Of a stretch of 64,000 nt of DNA, positions 49,861-64,000 are shown in pieces. This stretch comes from Squalus acanthias (Eukaryota). The position numbers and the translations under genes were made by a program. Below the pieces are notes generated by a model that was not told the origin of the DNA, did no database searches, and saw only the letters and a list, made by a program, of their open reading frames with translations. Each line of letters opens with the position of its first letter. Position 1 is the stretch's first letter. The stretch is from positions 81,594,001-81,658,000 of the forward strand of contig CM059432.1 of NCBI GenBank assembly GCA_030390025.1. The letters are read 5' to 3'.

Positions 49861-50115
49861 GGGTACAGTAGTGTACTGGTTATGATCTAGCAACTCGAAA
49901 GTTCAAATCCTCACTATAAAATAGTGAAGTTGAATTTTATTAATTGTGTAATTTATGGGCGAGTCCCAGAAAATAACTATGAAAGCTGCTGGATTACCGT
50001 AAAAACCCAACAAGTTAATAATGTTCCCCAGGAAAAGAAGCCTGCCACCCGTACCCAGCCTGGCCTACATGTGACTCCAGTCCCACACTAAGTAGTTGAT
50101 TCGTCATGCCCTCCT
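49861..50115 (+). mobile_element. Decayed tRNA-headed SINE related to the LINE head at 3053-3600
   Basis: A-box-like TAGTGTACTGG; B-box GTTCAAATCC (49901-49910); body CTGGCCTACATGTGACTCCAG. Confidence 0.7.
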
Positions 50116-50509
50116 CGAGACATGTATTATGTAATTTGCGAAGCCCGGATATTCTCACGATTAATATTTTGCTTGCTGCATCTCTTTTCTTCTTTACATG
50201 ATTTTATGACTGGCCTCTCCACCAAATATGTACTCAGGTCATTCCATGATGTTTATTAAAAATGTCTGCATTATTGCTGTCAAGCCATTCTTGGCTGAAA
50301 TTAAGTACTCAGTTGCTAGATTCTCAAACTTCTTGAAATGTATAGGATCAAGGAGGCTCATTATCTGCATTAGAAATATGAAAATAATTCTATTGCAGGT
50401 GTGTCGTGATACTTTTTTATTTCCACAATCTAAATTGTGTTTCTCATAGATGACATTTAGAAATGCCAGGTGTTCCATTTTAGTTAAAAAAGTCATAAAC
50501 ATGTTTTCA

Positions 50510-53500
50510 TCGAATCATTGAAACTTACAGCACAGAGGGAGGCCATTCGACCCATTGTGTCTGTGTCGGCCGAAAAAGAGCTATCCGGCCTAATCCCACT
50601 TTCCAGATCCTGTTTCGTAACCTTGTAGGTTTTGACACTTCACGTGCATATCCAAGTACTTTTTAAATGTGATGAGGGTTTCTGCTTCTATCACTCTTTC
50701 AGGTAGTGAGTACCTGACTCCCAACACCCTCTGGGTGAAAACATTTCTCCTCAACGTCCCTCTAATCCTTCTACCAATTACTTTAAATATATGCCCCCTG
50801 GTTATTGACCTCTCTGCTAAGGGAAATAAGTCCTTCCTATCCACTCTATCTCTCATAATTTTATTTACCTCAATTAAATCTCCCCTCAGCCTCCTCTGTT
50901 CAAAACAGAACAACTCCTCATACCTAAAATTCTCCAGTCCTGGCAACACCCTCATAAATCTCCCCTGTACCCTCTCCAGTGCAATCACATCCTTCCTGTA
51001 ATGTGGTGACCAGAACTGCACGCGGTATTTCAGCTGTGGCCTAACTAGTGTTTTATACAGTTCAAGCATAACCTCCCTGCTCTTATATTCTATTCCTCGG
51101 CTAATAAAGGAAAGTATCCCATATGCCCTCTTAACCCCCTTATCTACCTGTCCTGCTACCTTCAGGGATCTGTGGGCATACACTCCAAGGTCCCTCTGTT
51201 CCTCTACGCTTCTCAGCACCCTACCACTTATTGTGTATTCCCTTGCCTTGTTAGCCCTCCCCAAATGCATTACCTCACACTTCTCCAGATTGAATTCCAT
51301 TTGCCACTTTTCTGCCCACCTGACCAGTCCATTGATATCTCCCTGCAGTCTACAGCTTTCTTCCTCACGATCAAGCACACGGCCAATTTTTGTATCATCT
51401 GCAAACTTCTTAATCATGCCCTCTACATTGAAGTCTAAATCATTGATTTATGCCACACAAAGTAAGGGACCTAATACTGAGCCCTGCGGAACCCCACTGG
51501 AAACAGCTTTCCAGTCAGAAAAACACCAGTCGACCATTACCCTCTGCTTCCTTCCACTGGCCCATTCTGGATCCACATACCCTCATCCACACTCCTTGTT
51601 ACCTCCTCAAAAAATTCAATCAAGTTAGTCAGATACGACCTTCCCTTAACAAATCTGTGCTGACTGTCCTTGATTAATCCAATGGCGATTAATACTGTCC
51701 CTCAGAATTTTTTCCAATAATTTGCCCACCACCGAGGTTAGGCTGACTGGCCTGTAATTACTCAGTCTATCCCTTTCTCCCTTTTTAAACAACGGTACCA
51801 TGTTAGCAGTCCTCAAGACCTCTGACACCACGCCTGTAGCCAGAGAGGATTGGAAAATGATGGTCAGAGCCTCCGCTAGTTCCTCCCTTGCTTCCCTTAA
51901 CTGCGTGGGTTACATTTCATCCAGGCCTAGCGATTTATCTACTTTCAAAGAAGCTAAACCACTTAATATTTTGTCTCTCACTATGTTTATCCCATCCATT
52001 ATTTCACACTCCTCCTCCTTAACTACAATGTCTGGATCGTCCCTCTCTTTTGTGAAGACAGGCGCAAAGTATTCATTAAGAACCATACCCACATCTTCCG
52101 CCTCAACACACATGTTACCATTTTGGTCTCTAATAGGCCCTACTCTTTCTTTAGTTATCCTCTTGCTCTTTATGTATTCATAAAACATCTTTGGGTTTTC
52201 CTTGATTTTACTTGCCAATGTTTTTTCACACCCTCTCTTCACTTTCCTAATTTCCTTTTCCATAACTACACTAAATCTAACTGAATTATGATCACTACCA
52301 CCTAAGTGCTCTCCCATTGCTCTACCCCTTCCACCTGCCCAGCTTCATCCCTTAAAACTAAGTCCAGAACAGCTCCCTCTCTTGTTGGGCTTGCCACGTA
52401 CTGCCTAAAAACGTTCTCCTGAATGCATTTTAAGAATTCTGCACCCTCTATACCTTTTACACTGCTTTTATCCCAGTTAATATTTGGGTAGTTGAAATCC
52501 CCTATTTGCACTTCTCAGAAATTTGCCTACATATTTGCTCTTCTATCTCCCTCTGACTGTTTGAGGGTCTATAGTACACTCCCAGCAGTGTGATTACCCC
52601 TTTTTTGTTCTGCAGGTCAACCCATATGGCCTCATTTGATGATCCTTCTAGCATATCATCCCACCTGGCAGCTGTAATTGTTTCTTTAACCAATATTGTG
52701 ACCTCCCTCCTTTTTTATCCCCCGCTCTCTCATCTGAAAACACTGTGTGCAGGAATGTTGAGCTGCCATTCCTGCCCTTCTTTAAGCCATGTTTCAGTAA
52801 TAGCTATGATATCATACTTCCACGTGTCTATCTGTGCCCTCAGCTCATTTGCCTTATTCACTAGACTCCTTGCATTAAAGTAAATACCATTAAGCACTAC
52901 CAAACTCACTTGCTGTCTATTTTCTAGACTTTGTTTCCTCTGCCTTCCAAAATCACTTACTAATTTTCTGCCTTCCATTTCCAGCTTTGCTTCTCTCCCT
53001 TCTGAATCTATGCTCAGCTAAGCTAGTTTCTGGTAAGTAGTCTAATAAATAGAGACATGGGAGGGCACCTCAGTCCCTGACAAGCTAGCTTAAATTCTCT
53101 CCAACAGCACTAGCAAACCTCCTCGCGATGATATTGGTCCCGGCCGTGTTGAGGAGCAACCTGTCTGGCTTGTACAGGTCCCACCTCCCCCAGAACCTGT
53201 TGCAATGCTAAAGGAATCTAAAGATCTCCCTCCTGCACCATCTCTCTGGCCACTCATTCATCTGCTCCATCCTCCTACTTCTGTACTCACTAGCGCGTGG
53301 CACCGGGAGTAATCTGGAGATTACTACCTTTGAGGTCCTACTTATTAATCTCTTTCCTAGCTCCCTAAAATCTGACTGCAGGACCTCATCCCTCTTTCTA
53401 CCTATGTCATTGGTACCAATATGGACCACGACCTCTGGCTATTCACCCTACCCCCTCAGAATGTCCTGCAGCCGCTCAATGACACCCTTGACACTGGCAC

Positions 53501-54130
53501 CAGGGAGGTAGCCTACCATCCTGGAATCACATCTGCAGCCACAGAAACACCTGTCTGTTCCCCTAACTATCGAATCCCCGATCACTTTTTTTCCTGACCT
53601 TCCTCCTCCCCCCGCCACCGTACAGCTGAGCCACCCATGGTGCCATGGATTTGGCTCTGGCTGTACTCCCCAGAGGAACCATTGCCCTCACCAGTAATAC
53701 TGCTTAGAGAGCAAGATGCACTCAGGGGACTCCTGCACTACCTGCTTGTTCCTCCTTGTCTATCTGCCTGTCACCCATTCCCTCTTTGCCTGCACACTTT
53801 TAAGCTGCGGGGTGACTACCTCCTGAAATGTGCTATCCACATAGCTCTCATCCTCACGGATGCACTGCAGCGATATCAGCTGCTGCCTGAGCTCCAGGAC
53901 ATGAGAGGCATCCTGGAGTTCACACATGGCACAGGATGTGCATTCGACGGGACTGAGGTGCCCTGCCATGTCTTATTTATTATACTACTTACCAGAAATA
54001 AAATAAGATGTGTCCCTGATCTAGACAAAAAAAACTCATCAGCTATTCACCAATCAGCTGCTCCCCTTGCGCTGACGTTACTTTAGGTGGCTTTCTAACC
54101 TCTCTCCCTGATGCTCTCGGGCTCGCTCTC
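50510..54130 (-). mobile_element. Decayed CR1 LINE with internal deletions
   Basis: ORF1 remnants (CTSCAM, HIGTND); APE (YFNARS, ITETW, GDFN, SDH); RT (YRPVSLTS, FADD). Confidence 0.9.
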
Positions 54131-57100
54131 TCTCCTGCCACTTTATACTCTCGGGCCGCTCTCTCTCTCTCTCCCACCGCTTTATGTTCACAAGCTGCTG
54201 TCTCTCTCTCCCACTGCTTCACAGTCTCTCTCTCTCCCGCTGCTTTATACTCTCTCTCTCTCTCTCTCCCACCACGTTATACTCTCTCTCTCTCCCACCA
54301 CGTTATACTCTCTCTCTCTCCCACCACTTTATACTCTCTCTCCGACCACTTTGTACTCTCTCTCTCTCTCTCTCTCTCCCACCACTTTATACTCTTTCTC
54401 TCTCCCACCACTTTATACTCTCTCTCTCTCTCCCACCACTTTATACTCTCTCTCTCTCTCTCTCCCACCATTTTATACTCTCTCTCTCTCTCTCCCACCA
54501 CTTTATACCCTGTCTCTCTCTCCCGCCACTTTATACTCTCTCTATCTCTCCCACCACTTTATACTCTCTCTCTCTCTCTCCCACCACTTTATACTCTCTC
54601 TCTCTCTCTCTCTCCCACCGCTTTATACTCTCTCTCTCTCCCATCGCTTTATACTCTCTCTCTCTCTCTCTCCCACCACTTTATACTCTCTCTCTCTCTC
54701 CCACCACTTTATACTCTCTCTCTCTCTCTCTCCCACCAGTTTATACTCTCTCTCTCTCTCTCCCGCCACTTTATACTCTCTCTCTCTCTCTCTCCCACCA
54801 CTTTATACTCTCTCTCTCTCTCTCTCTCTCCCACCGCTTTATACTCTCTCTCTCTCTCTCCCACCACTTTATACTCTCTCTCTCTCTCTCTTTCTCACGG
54901 CTTTATACTCTCTCTCTCTCTACCACCGCTTTATACTCTCTCTCTCTCTCTCTCCCACCACTTTCTACTCTCTCTCTCTCTCCCATCGCTTTATACTCTC
55001 TCTCTCTCTCTCTCTCCCACCACTTTATACTCTCTCTCTCTCTCTCCCACCACTTTATACTCTCTCTCTCTCTCTCCCATCGCTTTATACTCTCTCTCTC
55101 TCCCACCATTTTATACTCTCTCTCTCTCTCTCCCACCACTTTATACCCTGTCTCTCTCTCCCGCCACTTTATACTCTCTCTATCTCTCCCACCACTTTAT
55201 ACTCTCTCTCTCTCTCTCCCACCACTTTATACTCTCTCTCTCTCTCCCACCGCTTTATATTCTCTCTCTCTCCCACCGCTTTATACTCTCTCTCTCTCTC
55301 TCCCACCACTTTATACTCTCTCTCTCTCTCCCACCACTTTATACTCTCTCTCTCTCTCTCTCCCACCACTTTATACTCTCTCTCTCTCTCTCCCACCACT
55401 TTATACTCTCTCTCTCTCTCTCCCACCACTTTATACTCTCTCTCTCTCTCTCTCTCTCTCCCACCGCTTTATACTCTCTCTCTCTCCCACCACTTTATAC
55501 TCTCTCTCTCTCTCTCTTTCTCACGGCTTTATACTCTCTCTCTCTCTACCACGGCTTTATACTCTCTCTCTCTCTCTCCCACCACTTTATACTCTCTCTC
55601 TCTCTCCCACCGCTTTATACTCTCTCTCTCTCTCTCCCACCACTTTATACTCTCTCTCTCTCTCTCCCACCACTTTATACTCTCTCTCTCTCTCGCCCAC
55701 CGCTTTATACTCTCTCTCTCTCTCTCCCACCACTTTATACTCTCTCTCTCTCTCCCACCGCTTTATACTCTCTCTCTCTCTCCCACCACTTTATACTCTC
55801 TCTCTCTCTCCACCACTTTATACTCTCTCTCTCTCTCCCACCACTTTATACTCTCTCTCTCTCTCCCACCACTTTATACTCTCTCTCTCTCTCCCACCAC
55901 TTTATACTCTCTCTCTCTCTCCCATCGCTTTATACTCTCTCTCTCTCTCTCTCCCATCGCTTTATACTCTCTCTCTCTCACCGCTTTATACTCTCTCTCT
56001 CTCTCTCTCCACCGCTTTATACTCTCTTTCTCTCTCTCCCATCGCTTTATACTCTCTCTCTCTCTCCCACCACTTTATACTCTCTCTCTCTCTCCCACCA
56101 CTTTATACTCTCTCTCTCTCCCACCACTTTATACTCTCTCTCTCTCTCCCACCACTTTATTACTCTCTCTCTCTCTCCACCTACGATATACCTCTCTCTC
56201 TCTCTATCTCTCTCCACACACTTATATTCTCTCTCCTCTCTCCACAATTTTATACACTTCTCGCGCTCTCCACCACTTATACACTCTCTCTCTCTTCCTT
56301 TCCACCAATTTATACTCTCTCTATCTCTCTCGTCCACCGCTTTATACTCTCTCTCTCTCTCTTCTCCCACCACTTTATATTCTCCTTCTCACTCCCACAC
56401 AATTTATACACTCTCTCTACTCCTCCCACCAATTTATACATCTCTCCTTCTCCTCCCACACACTTATACACGCTCTCTCCTCACCTCCCCCACTTTATAC
56501 ACTCTCTCTCCTCTCTCTCAACACAACTTTATACTCTCTCTCTCTCCCACCACTTTATACTCACTGCCTATACCTCTCTCTCTCTCTCCCACCTTTATAC
56601 TCTCTCTCTCTCTCTCTCCCACCATTTAATACTCTCTCTCTCTCCCACCACTTTATACTCTCTCTCTCTCTCTCTCCCACCACTTTATACTCTCTCTCTC
56701 TCTCTCTCCTACACTTTATACTCTCTCTCTCTCTCCCACCCATTTATACTCTCTCTCTCTCTCTCCATCGACTTTATACTTTCTCTCTCTCTCTCCCACC
56801 ACTTTATACTCTCTGTCTCTCTCCCACCACTTTATACTCTCTCTCTCTCTCCCACCACTTTATACTCTCTCTCTCTCTCTCCCACCACTTTATACTCTCT
56901 CTCTCTCTCTCCCACCACTTTATACTCTCTCTCTCTCCCACCACTTTATACTCTCTCTCTCTCTCTCTCTCCCACCACTTTATACTCTCTCTCTCTCTCC
57001 CACCACTTTATACTCTCTCTCTCTCCCACCACTTTATACTCTCTCTCTCTCTCCCACCACTTTATACTCTCTCTCTCTCTCTCCCACCGCTTTATACTTT

Positions 57101-60100
57101 CTCTCTCTCTCCCACCACTTTATACTCTCTCTCTCTCCCACCAATTTATACTCTCTCTCTCTCTCTCTCTCTCCATCGACTTTATACTTTCTCTCTGTCT
57201 CTCCCACCACTTTATACTCTCTGTCTCTCTCCCACCAATTTATACTCTCTCTCTCTCCCATCAATTTATACTCTCTCTCTCTCCCACCACTTTATACTCT
57301 CTCTCCCTCTCCCACCACTTTATACTCTCTCTCTCTCTCTCCCACCGCTTTATACTTTCTGTCTCTCTCCCACCACTTTATACTCTCTCTCTCTCCCACC
57401 AATTTATACTCTCTCTCTCTCTCTCTCTCTCCATCGACTTTATACTTTCTCTCTGTCTCTCCCACCACTTTATACTCTCTGTCTCTCTCCCACCAATTTA
57501 TACTCTCTCTCTCTCCCATCAATTTATACTCTCTCTCTCTCCCACCACTTTATACTCTTTCTCTATCTCTCCCTCCGTTTTATACTCTCTCTCTCACTCT
57601 CTCCCACCAATTTATACTCTCTCTCTCTCTCTCCCAACACTTTATTCTCTCTCTCTCTCCCACCAATTTATACTCTCTCTCTATCTCTCTCTCTCCCACC
57701 ACTTTATACTCTCTCTCTCTCTCCCACCACTTTATTCTCTCTCTCTCTCTCCCACCAATTTATACTCTCTCTCTATCTCTCTCTCTCCCACCGCTTTATA
57801 CTCTCTCTCTCTCACACCATTTTATACTCTCTGTTTCTCTCTCTCTCCTACCGCTTTATACTCTCTCTCTCTCTTTCCCTCTCTCTCCCACCACTTTATA
57901 CTCTCTCTCTCACTCCCACCACTTTATACTCTCTCTCTCTCTCTCTTCCATCACTTTATACTCTCTCTCTCTCTCCTACCACTTTATACACTCTCTCTCT
58001 CCCACCACTTTATACTCTCTCTCTCTCTCTCCTACCACTTTATACACTCTCTCTCTCCCACCACTTTATACTCTCTCTCTCTTTCTCTCCCACCCCTTTA
58101 TACTTTCTCTCTCTCTCCCCCACCGCTTTATACTCTCTCTCTCTCTCTCTTTCCCACCACTTTATACTCTCTCTCTCTCTCTCTCCCACCAATTTATACT
58201 CTCTCTCTCTCTCTCTCCCACTGCTTTATACTCTCTCTCTCTCTCTCTCTCTCCCACCGATTTATACTCTCTCTCTCTCTCCCGCCACTTTATACTCTCT
58301 CTCTCTCTCCCACTGCTTTATACTCACTCTCTCTCTCTCTCTCTCCCACCGCTTTATACTCTCTCTCTCTCTCTCCCACCGCTTTATACTCACTCTCTCT
58401 CTCTCTCTCTCTCTCCCACCGCTTTATACTCTCTCTCTCTCCCACCACTTTATACTCTCTCTCTCTCTCCCACCAATTTATACACTCTCTCTCTCGTTCT
58501 CTCCCATCGCTTTATACTCTCTCTCTCTCTCTCCCACCACTTTATACTCTCTCTCTCTCCCACCAATTTATACACTCTCTCTCTCTCTCTCTCTCTCTCT
58601 CCCACCGCTTTATACTCTCTCTCTCTCTCCCAGCACTTTATACACTCTCTCTCTCTCTCACTGCTTTATACTCTCTCTCTCTCTCCCACCGCTTTATACT
58701 CTCTCTCTCTCTCTCTCCCACCACTTTATACTCTCTCTCTCTCTCCTACCACTTTATACACTCTCTCTCTCTCTCTCTCTCCCACCACTTTATACTCTCT
58801 CTCTCTCTCTCCTACTGCTTTATACTCTCTCTCTCTCTCCCACCAATTTATACTCTCCCTCTCTCTCTCTCTCCATCGACTTTATACTTTCACTCTGTCT
58901 CTCCCTCCACTTTATACTCCCTGTCTCTCTCCCACCAATTTATACTTTCTCTCTCTCCCATCAATTTATACTCTCTCTCTATCTCTCTCTCTCCCACCAC
59001 TTTATACTCTTTCTCTATCTCTCCCTCCGTTTTATACTCTCTCTATCACTCTCTCCCACCAATTTATACTCTCTCTCTCTCTTCCACCACTTTATTCTCT
59101 CTCTCTCTCTCCACCAATTTATACTCTATCTCTATCTCTCTCTCTCCCACCACTTTATACTCTCTCTTTCTCTCTCTCTCCCACCACTTTATACTCTCTC
59201 TCTCTCTCTCGCCCTCTGCTTTATACTCTCTCTCTCTCTCTTTCTCTGCCACCCCTTTATACTCTCTCTCTCTCTCTTTCTCTCCCACCCTTTATACTTT
59301 CTCTCTCTCTCCCCCACCGCTTTATACTCTCTCTCTCTCTCTTTCCCACCACTTTATAATCTCTCTCTCTCTCTCTCTCCATCGACTTTATACTTTCTCT
59401 CTGTCTCTCCCTCCACTTTATACTCTCTGTCTCTCTCCCACCAATTTATACTCTCTCTCTCCCATCAATTTATACTCTCTCTCTATCTCTCTCTCTCCCA
59501 CCACTTTATACTCTTTCTCTATCTCTCCCTCCGTTTTATACTCTCTCTCTCACTCTCTCCCACCAATTTATACTCTCTCTCTCTCTCTTCCACCACTTTA
59601 TTCTCTCTCTCTCTCTCCCACCAATTTATACTCTATCTCTATCTCTCTCTCTCCCACCACTTTATACTCTCTCTTTCTCTCTCTCTCCCACCACTTTATA
59701 CTCTCTCTCTCTCTCTCGCCCTCTGCTTTATACTCTCTCTCTCGCTCTCTCTTTCTCTCCCACCCCTTTATACTCTCTCTCTCTCTCTTTCTCTCCCACC
59801 CCTTTATACTTTCTCTCTCTCTCCCCCGCCGCTTTATACTCTCTCTCTCTCTCTCTTTCCCACCACTTTATACTCTCTCTCTCTCTCTCCCACCAATTTA
59901 TACTCTCTCTCTCTCTCTCCCACTGCTTTATACTCTCTGTCTCTCTCTCTCTCTCCCACCGATTTATACTCTCTCTCTCTCTCCCGCCACTTTATACTCT
60001 CTCTCTCTCTCTCCCACCGCTTTATACTCACTCTCTCTCTCTCTCTCTCCCACCGCTTTATACTCTCTCTCTCTCCCGCCACTTTATACTCTCTCTCTCT

Positions 60101-61297
60101 CTCCCACCAATTTATACACTCTCTCTCTCGTTCTCTCCCACCGCTTTATACTCTCTCTCTCTCTCTCCCACCGCTTTATACTTTCTGTCTCTCTCCCACC
60201 ACTTTATACTCTCTCTCTCTCCCACCAATTTATACTCTCTCTCTCTCTCTCTCTCTCTCCATCGACTTTATACTTTCTCTCTGTCTCTCCCACCACTTTA
60301 TACTCTCTGTCTCTCTCCCACCAATTTATACTCTCTCTCTCTCCCATCAATTTATACTCTCTCTCTCTCCCACCACTTTATACTCTCTCTCCCTCTCCCA
60401 CCACTTTATACTCTCTCTCTCTCTCTCCCACCGCTTTATACTTTCTGTCTCTCTCCCACCACTTTATACTCTCTCTCTCTCCCACCAATTTATACTCTCT
60501 CTCTCTCTCTCTCTCTCTCCATCGACTTTATACTTTCTCTCTGTCTCTCCCACCACTTTATACTCTCTGTCTCTCTCCCACCAATTTATACTCTCTCTCT
60601 CTCCCATCAATTTATACTCTCTCTCTCTCCCACCACTTTATACTCTTTCTCTATCTCTCCCTCCGTTTTATACTCTCTCTCTCACTCTCTCCCACCAATT
60701 TATACTCTCTCTCTCTCTCTCCCAACACTTTATTCTCTCTCTCTCTCCCACCAATTTATACTCTCTCTCTATCTCTCTCTCTCCCACCACTTTATACTCT
60801 CTCTCTCTCTCCCACCACTTTATTCTCTCTCACTCTCTCCCACCAATTTATACTCTCTCTCTCTCTCTCCCAACACTTTATTCTCTCTCTCTCTCCCACC
60901 AATTTATACTCTCTCTCTATCTCTCTCTCTCCCACCACTTTATACTCTCTCTCTCTCTCCCACCGCTTTATACTCTCTCTCTCTCACACCATTTTATACT
61001 CTCTGTTTCTCTCTCTCTCCTACCGCTTTATACTCTCTCTCTCTCTTTCTCTCTCTCTCCCACCACTTTATACTCTCTCTCTCACTCCCACCACTTTATA
61101 CTCTCTCTCTCTCTCTCTTCCATCACTTTATACTCTCTCTCTCTCTCCTACCACTTTATACACTCTCTCTCTCCCACCACTTTATACTCTCTCTCTCTCT
61201 CTCCTACCACTTTATACACTCTCTCTCTCCCACCACTTTATACTCTCTCTCTCTCTCTCTCCTACCACTTTATACACTCTCTCTCTCCCACCACTTT

Positions 61298-61335
<38 letters not shown>

Positions 61336-62873
61336 CCACCCCTTTATACTCTCTCTCTCTCTCTTTCTCTCCCACCCCTTTATACTTTCTCTCTCTCTCC
61401 CCCACCGCTTTATACTCTCTCTCTCTCTCTCTTTCCCACCACTTTATACTCTCTCTCTCTCTCTCCCACCAATTTATACTCTCTCTCTCTCTCTCCCACT
61501 GCTTTATACTCTCTGTCTCTCTCTCTCTCTCCCACCGATTTATACTCTCTCTCTCTCTCCCGCCACTTTATACTCTCTCTCTCTCTCTCCCACCGCTTTA
61601 TACTCACTCTCTCTCTCTCTCTCTCCCACCGCTTTATACTCTCTCTCTCTCCCGCCACTTTATACTCTCTCTCTCTCTCCCACCAATTTATACACTCTCT
61701 CTCTCGTTCTCTCCCACCGCTTTATACTCTCTCTCTCTCTCTCCCACCGCTTTATACTTTCTGTCTCTCTCCCACCACTTTATACTCTCTCTCTCTCCCA
61801 CCAATTTATACTCTCTCTCTCTCTCTCTCTCTCTCCATCGACTTTATACTTTCTCTCTGTCTCTCCCACCACTTTATACTCTCTGTCTCTCTCCCACCAA
61901 TTTATACTCTCTCTCTCTCCCATCAATTTATACTCTCTCTCTCTCCCACCACTTTATACTCTCTCTCCCTCTCCCACCACTTTATACTCTCTCTCTCTCT
62001 CTCCCACCGCTTTATACTTTCTGTCTCTCTCCCACCACTTTATACTCTCTCTCTCTCCCACCAATTTATACTCTCTCTCTCTCTCTCTCTCTCTCCATCG
62101 ACTTTATACTTTCTCTCTGTCTCTCCCACCACTTTATACTCTCTGTCTCTCTCCCACCAATTTATACTCTCTCTCTCTCCCATCAATTTATACTCTCTCT
62201 CTCTCCCACCACTTTATACTCTTTCTCTATCTCTCCCTCCGTTTTATACTCTCTCTCTCACTCTCTCCCACCAATTTATACTCTCTCTCTCTCTCTCCCA
62301 ACACTTTATTCTCTCTCTCTCTCCCACCAATTTATACTCTCTCTCTATCTCTCTCTCTCCCACCACTTTATACTCTCTCTCTCTCTCCCACCACTTTATT
62401 CTCTCTCACTCTCTCCCACCAATTTATACTCTCTCTCTCTCTCTCCCAACACTTTATTCTCTCTCTCTCTCCCACCAATTTATACTCTCTCTCTATCTCT
62501 CTCTCTCCCACCACTTTATACTCTCTCTCTCTCTCCCACCGCTTTATACTCTCTCTCTCTCACACCATTTTATACTCTCTGTTTCTCTCTCTCTCCTACC
62601 GCTTTATACTCTCTCTCTCTCTTTCTCTCTCTCTCCCACCACTTTATACTCTCTCTCTCACTCCCACCACTTTATACTCTCTCTCTCTCTCTCTTCCATC
62701 ACTTTATACTCTCTCTCTCTCTCCTACCACTTTATACACTCTCTCTCTCCCACCACTTTATACTCTCTCTCTCTCTCTCCTACCACTTTATACACTCTCT
62801 CTCTCCCACCACTTTATACTCTCTCTCTCTCTCTCTCCTACCACTTTATACACTCTCTCTCTCCCACCACTTT

Positions 62874-62911
<38 letters not shown>

Positions 62912-64000
62912 CCACCCCTTTATACTCTCTCTCTCTCTCTTTCTCTCCCACCCCTTTATACTTTCTCTCTCTCTCCCCCACCGCTTTATACTCTCTCTCT
63001 CTCTCTCTTTCCCACCACTTTATACTCTCTCTCTCTCTCTCTCCCACCAATTTATACTCTCTCTCTCTCTCTCTCCCACTGCTTTATACTCTCTCTCTCT
63101 CTCTCTCTCCCACCGATTTATACTCTCTCTCTCTCTCCCGCCACTTTATACTCTCTCTCTCTCTCCCACTGCTTTATACTCACTCTCTCTCTCTCTCTCT
63201 CCCACCGCTTTATACTCTCTCTCTCTCTCTCCCACCGCTTTATACTCACTCTCTCTCTCTCTCTCTCTCTCTCCCACCGCTTTATACTCTCTCTCTCTCC
63301 CACCACTTTATACTCTCTCTCTCTCTCCCACCAATTTATACACTCTCTCTCTCGTTCTCTCCCACCGCTTTATACTCTCTCTCTCTCTCTCCCACCACTT
63401 TATACTCTCTCTCTCTCCCACCAATTTATACACTCTCTCTCTCTCTCTCTCTCTCTCTCCCACCGCTTTATACTCTCTCTCTCTCTCCCACCACTTTATA
63501 CACTCTCTCTCTCTCTCACTGCTTTGTACTCTCTCTCTCTCTCCCACCGCTTTATACTCTCTCTCTCTCTCTCTCCCACCACTTTATACTCTCTCTCTCT
63601 CTCCCACCACTTTATACTCTCTCTCTCTCTCCTACCACTTTATACACTCTCTCTCTCTCTCTCTCTCCCACCACTTTATACTCTCTCTCTCTCTCCCACC
63701 ACTTTATACTCTCTCTCTCTCTCCTACCACTTTATACACTCTCTCTCTCTCTCTCTCTCCTACCACTTTATACACTCTCTCTCTCTCTCTCTCTCCCACC
63801 AATTTATACTCTCCCTCTCTCTCTCTCTCCATCGACTTTATACTTTCACTCTGTCTCTCCCTCCACTTTATACTCCCTGTCTCTCTCCCACCAATTTATA
63901 CTTTCTCTCTCTCCCATCAATTTATACTCTCTCTCTATCTCTCTCTCTCCCACCACTTTATACTCTTTCTCTATCTCTCCCTCCGTTTTATACTCTCTCT
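54130..64000. repeat. CT-rich satellite, unit ~CCACCACTTTATA(CT)n, with higher-order repeats; runs off the window
   Basis: Hundreds of ~26-36 bp units; near-identical blocks offset by 258 bp (57034/57292) and 1576 bp (59834/61410). Confidence 0.97.

Noticed and set aside
54277..63547. Many ERERE/YKVVG ORFs, or a CRISPR-like array
   Set aside because: These are translations of the satellite; the variable parts are (CT)n tracts, not unique spacers, and there are no cas genes.

Overview
This is eukaryotic, almost entirely transposon-derived DNA; I found no supportable host protein-coding gene. The repeat families (esterase-ORF1 CR1, L2, Penelope-like elements with hammerheads, tRNA-headed SINEs, GC-rich PIF/Harbinger elements) suggest a vertebrate, most likely a cartilaginous fish (inference). 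Main contents: (1) many PIF/Harbinger elements and MITEs, including a near-intact 4.16-kb copy (37330-41491) with an open 3-exon Myb/SANT gene and a disabled transposase; (2) that copy sits in a Penelope element, which sits in an older Harbinger, with candidate TSDs at all three levels; (3) several short Penelope-derived elements carrying minimal hammerhead ribozymes; (4) an ORF1-less LINE whose 5' end is a tRNA-like Pol III promoter, whose sense strand lacks TTTT terminators, and which has companion SINEs; (5) a 226-bp solo LTR; (6) a near full-length CR1; (7) an unclassified foldback element; (8) a >9.8-kb CT-rich satellite with higher-order structure abutting a CR1 5' end. All coordinates were read by eye.
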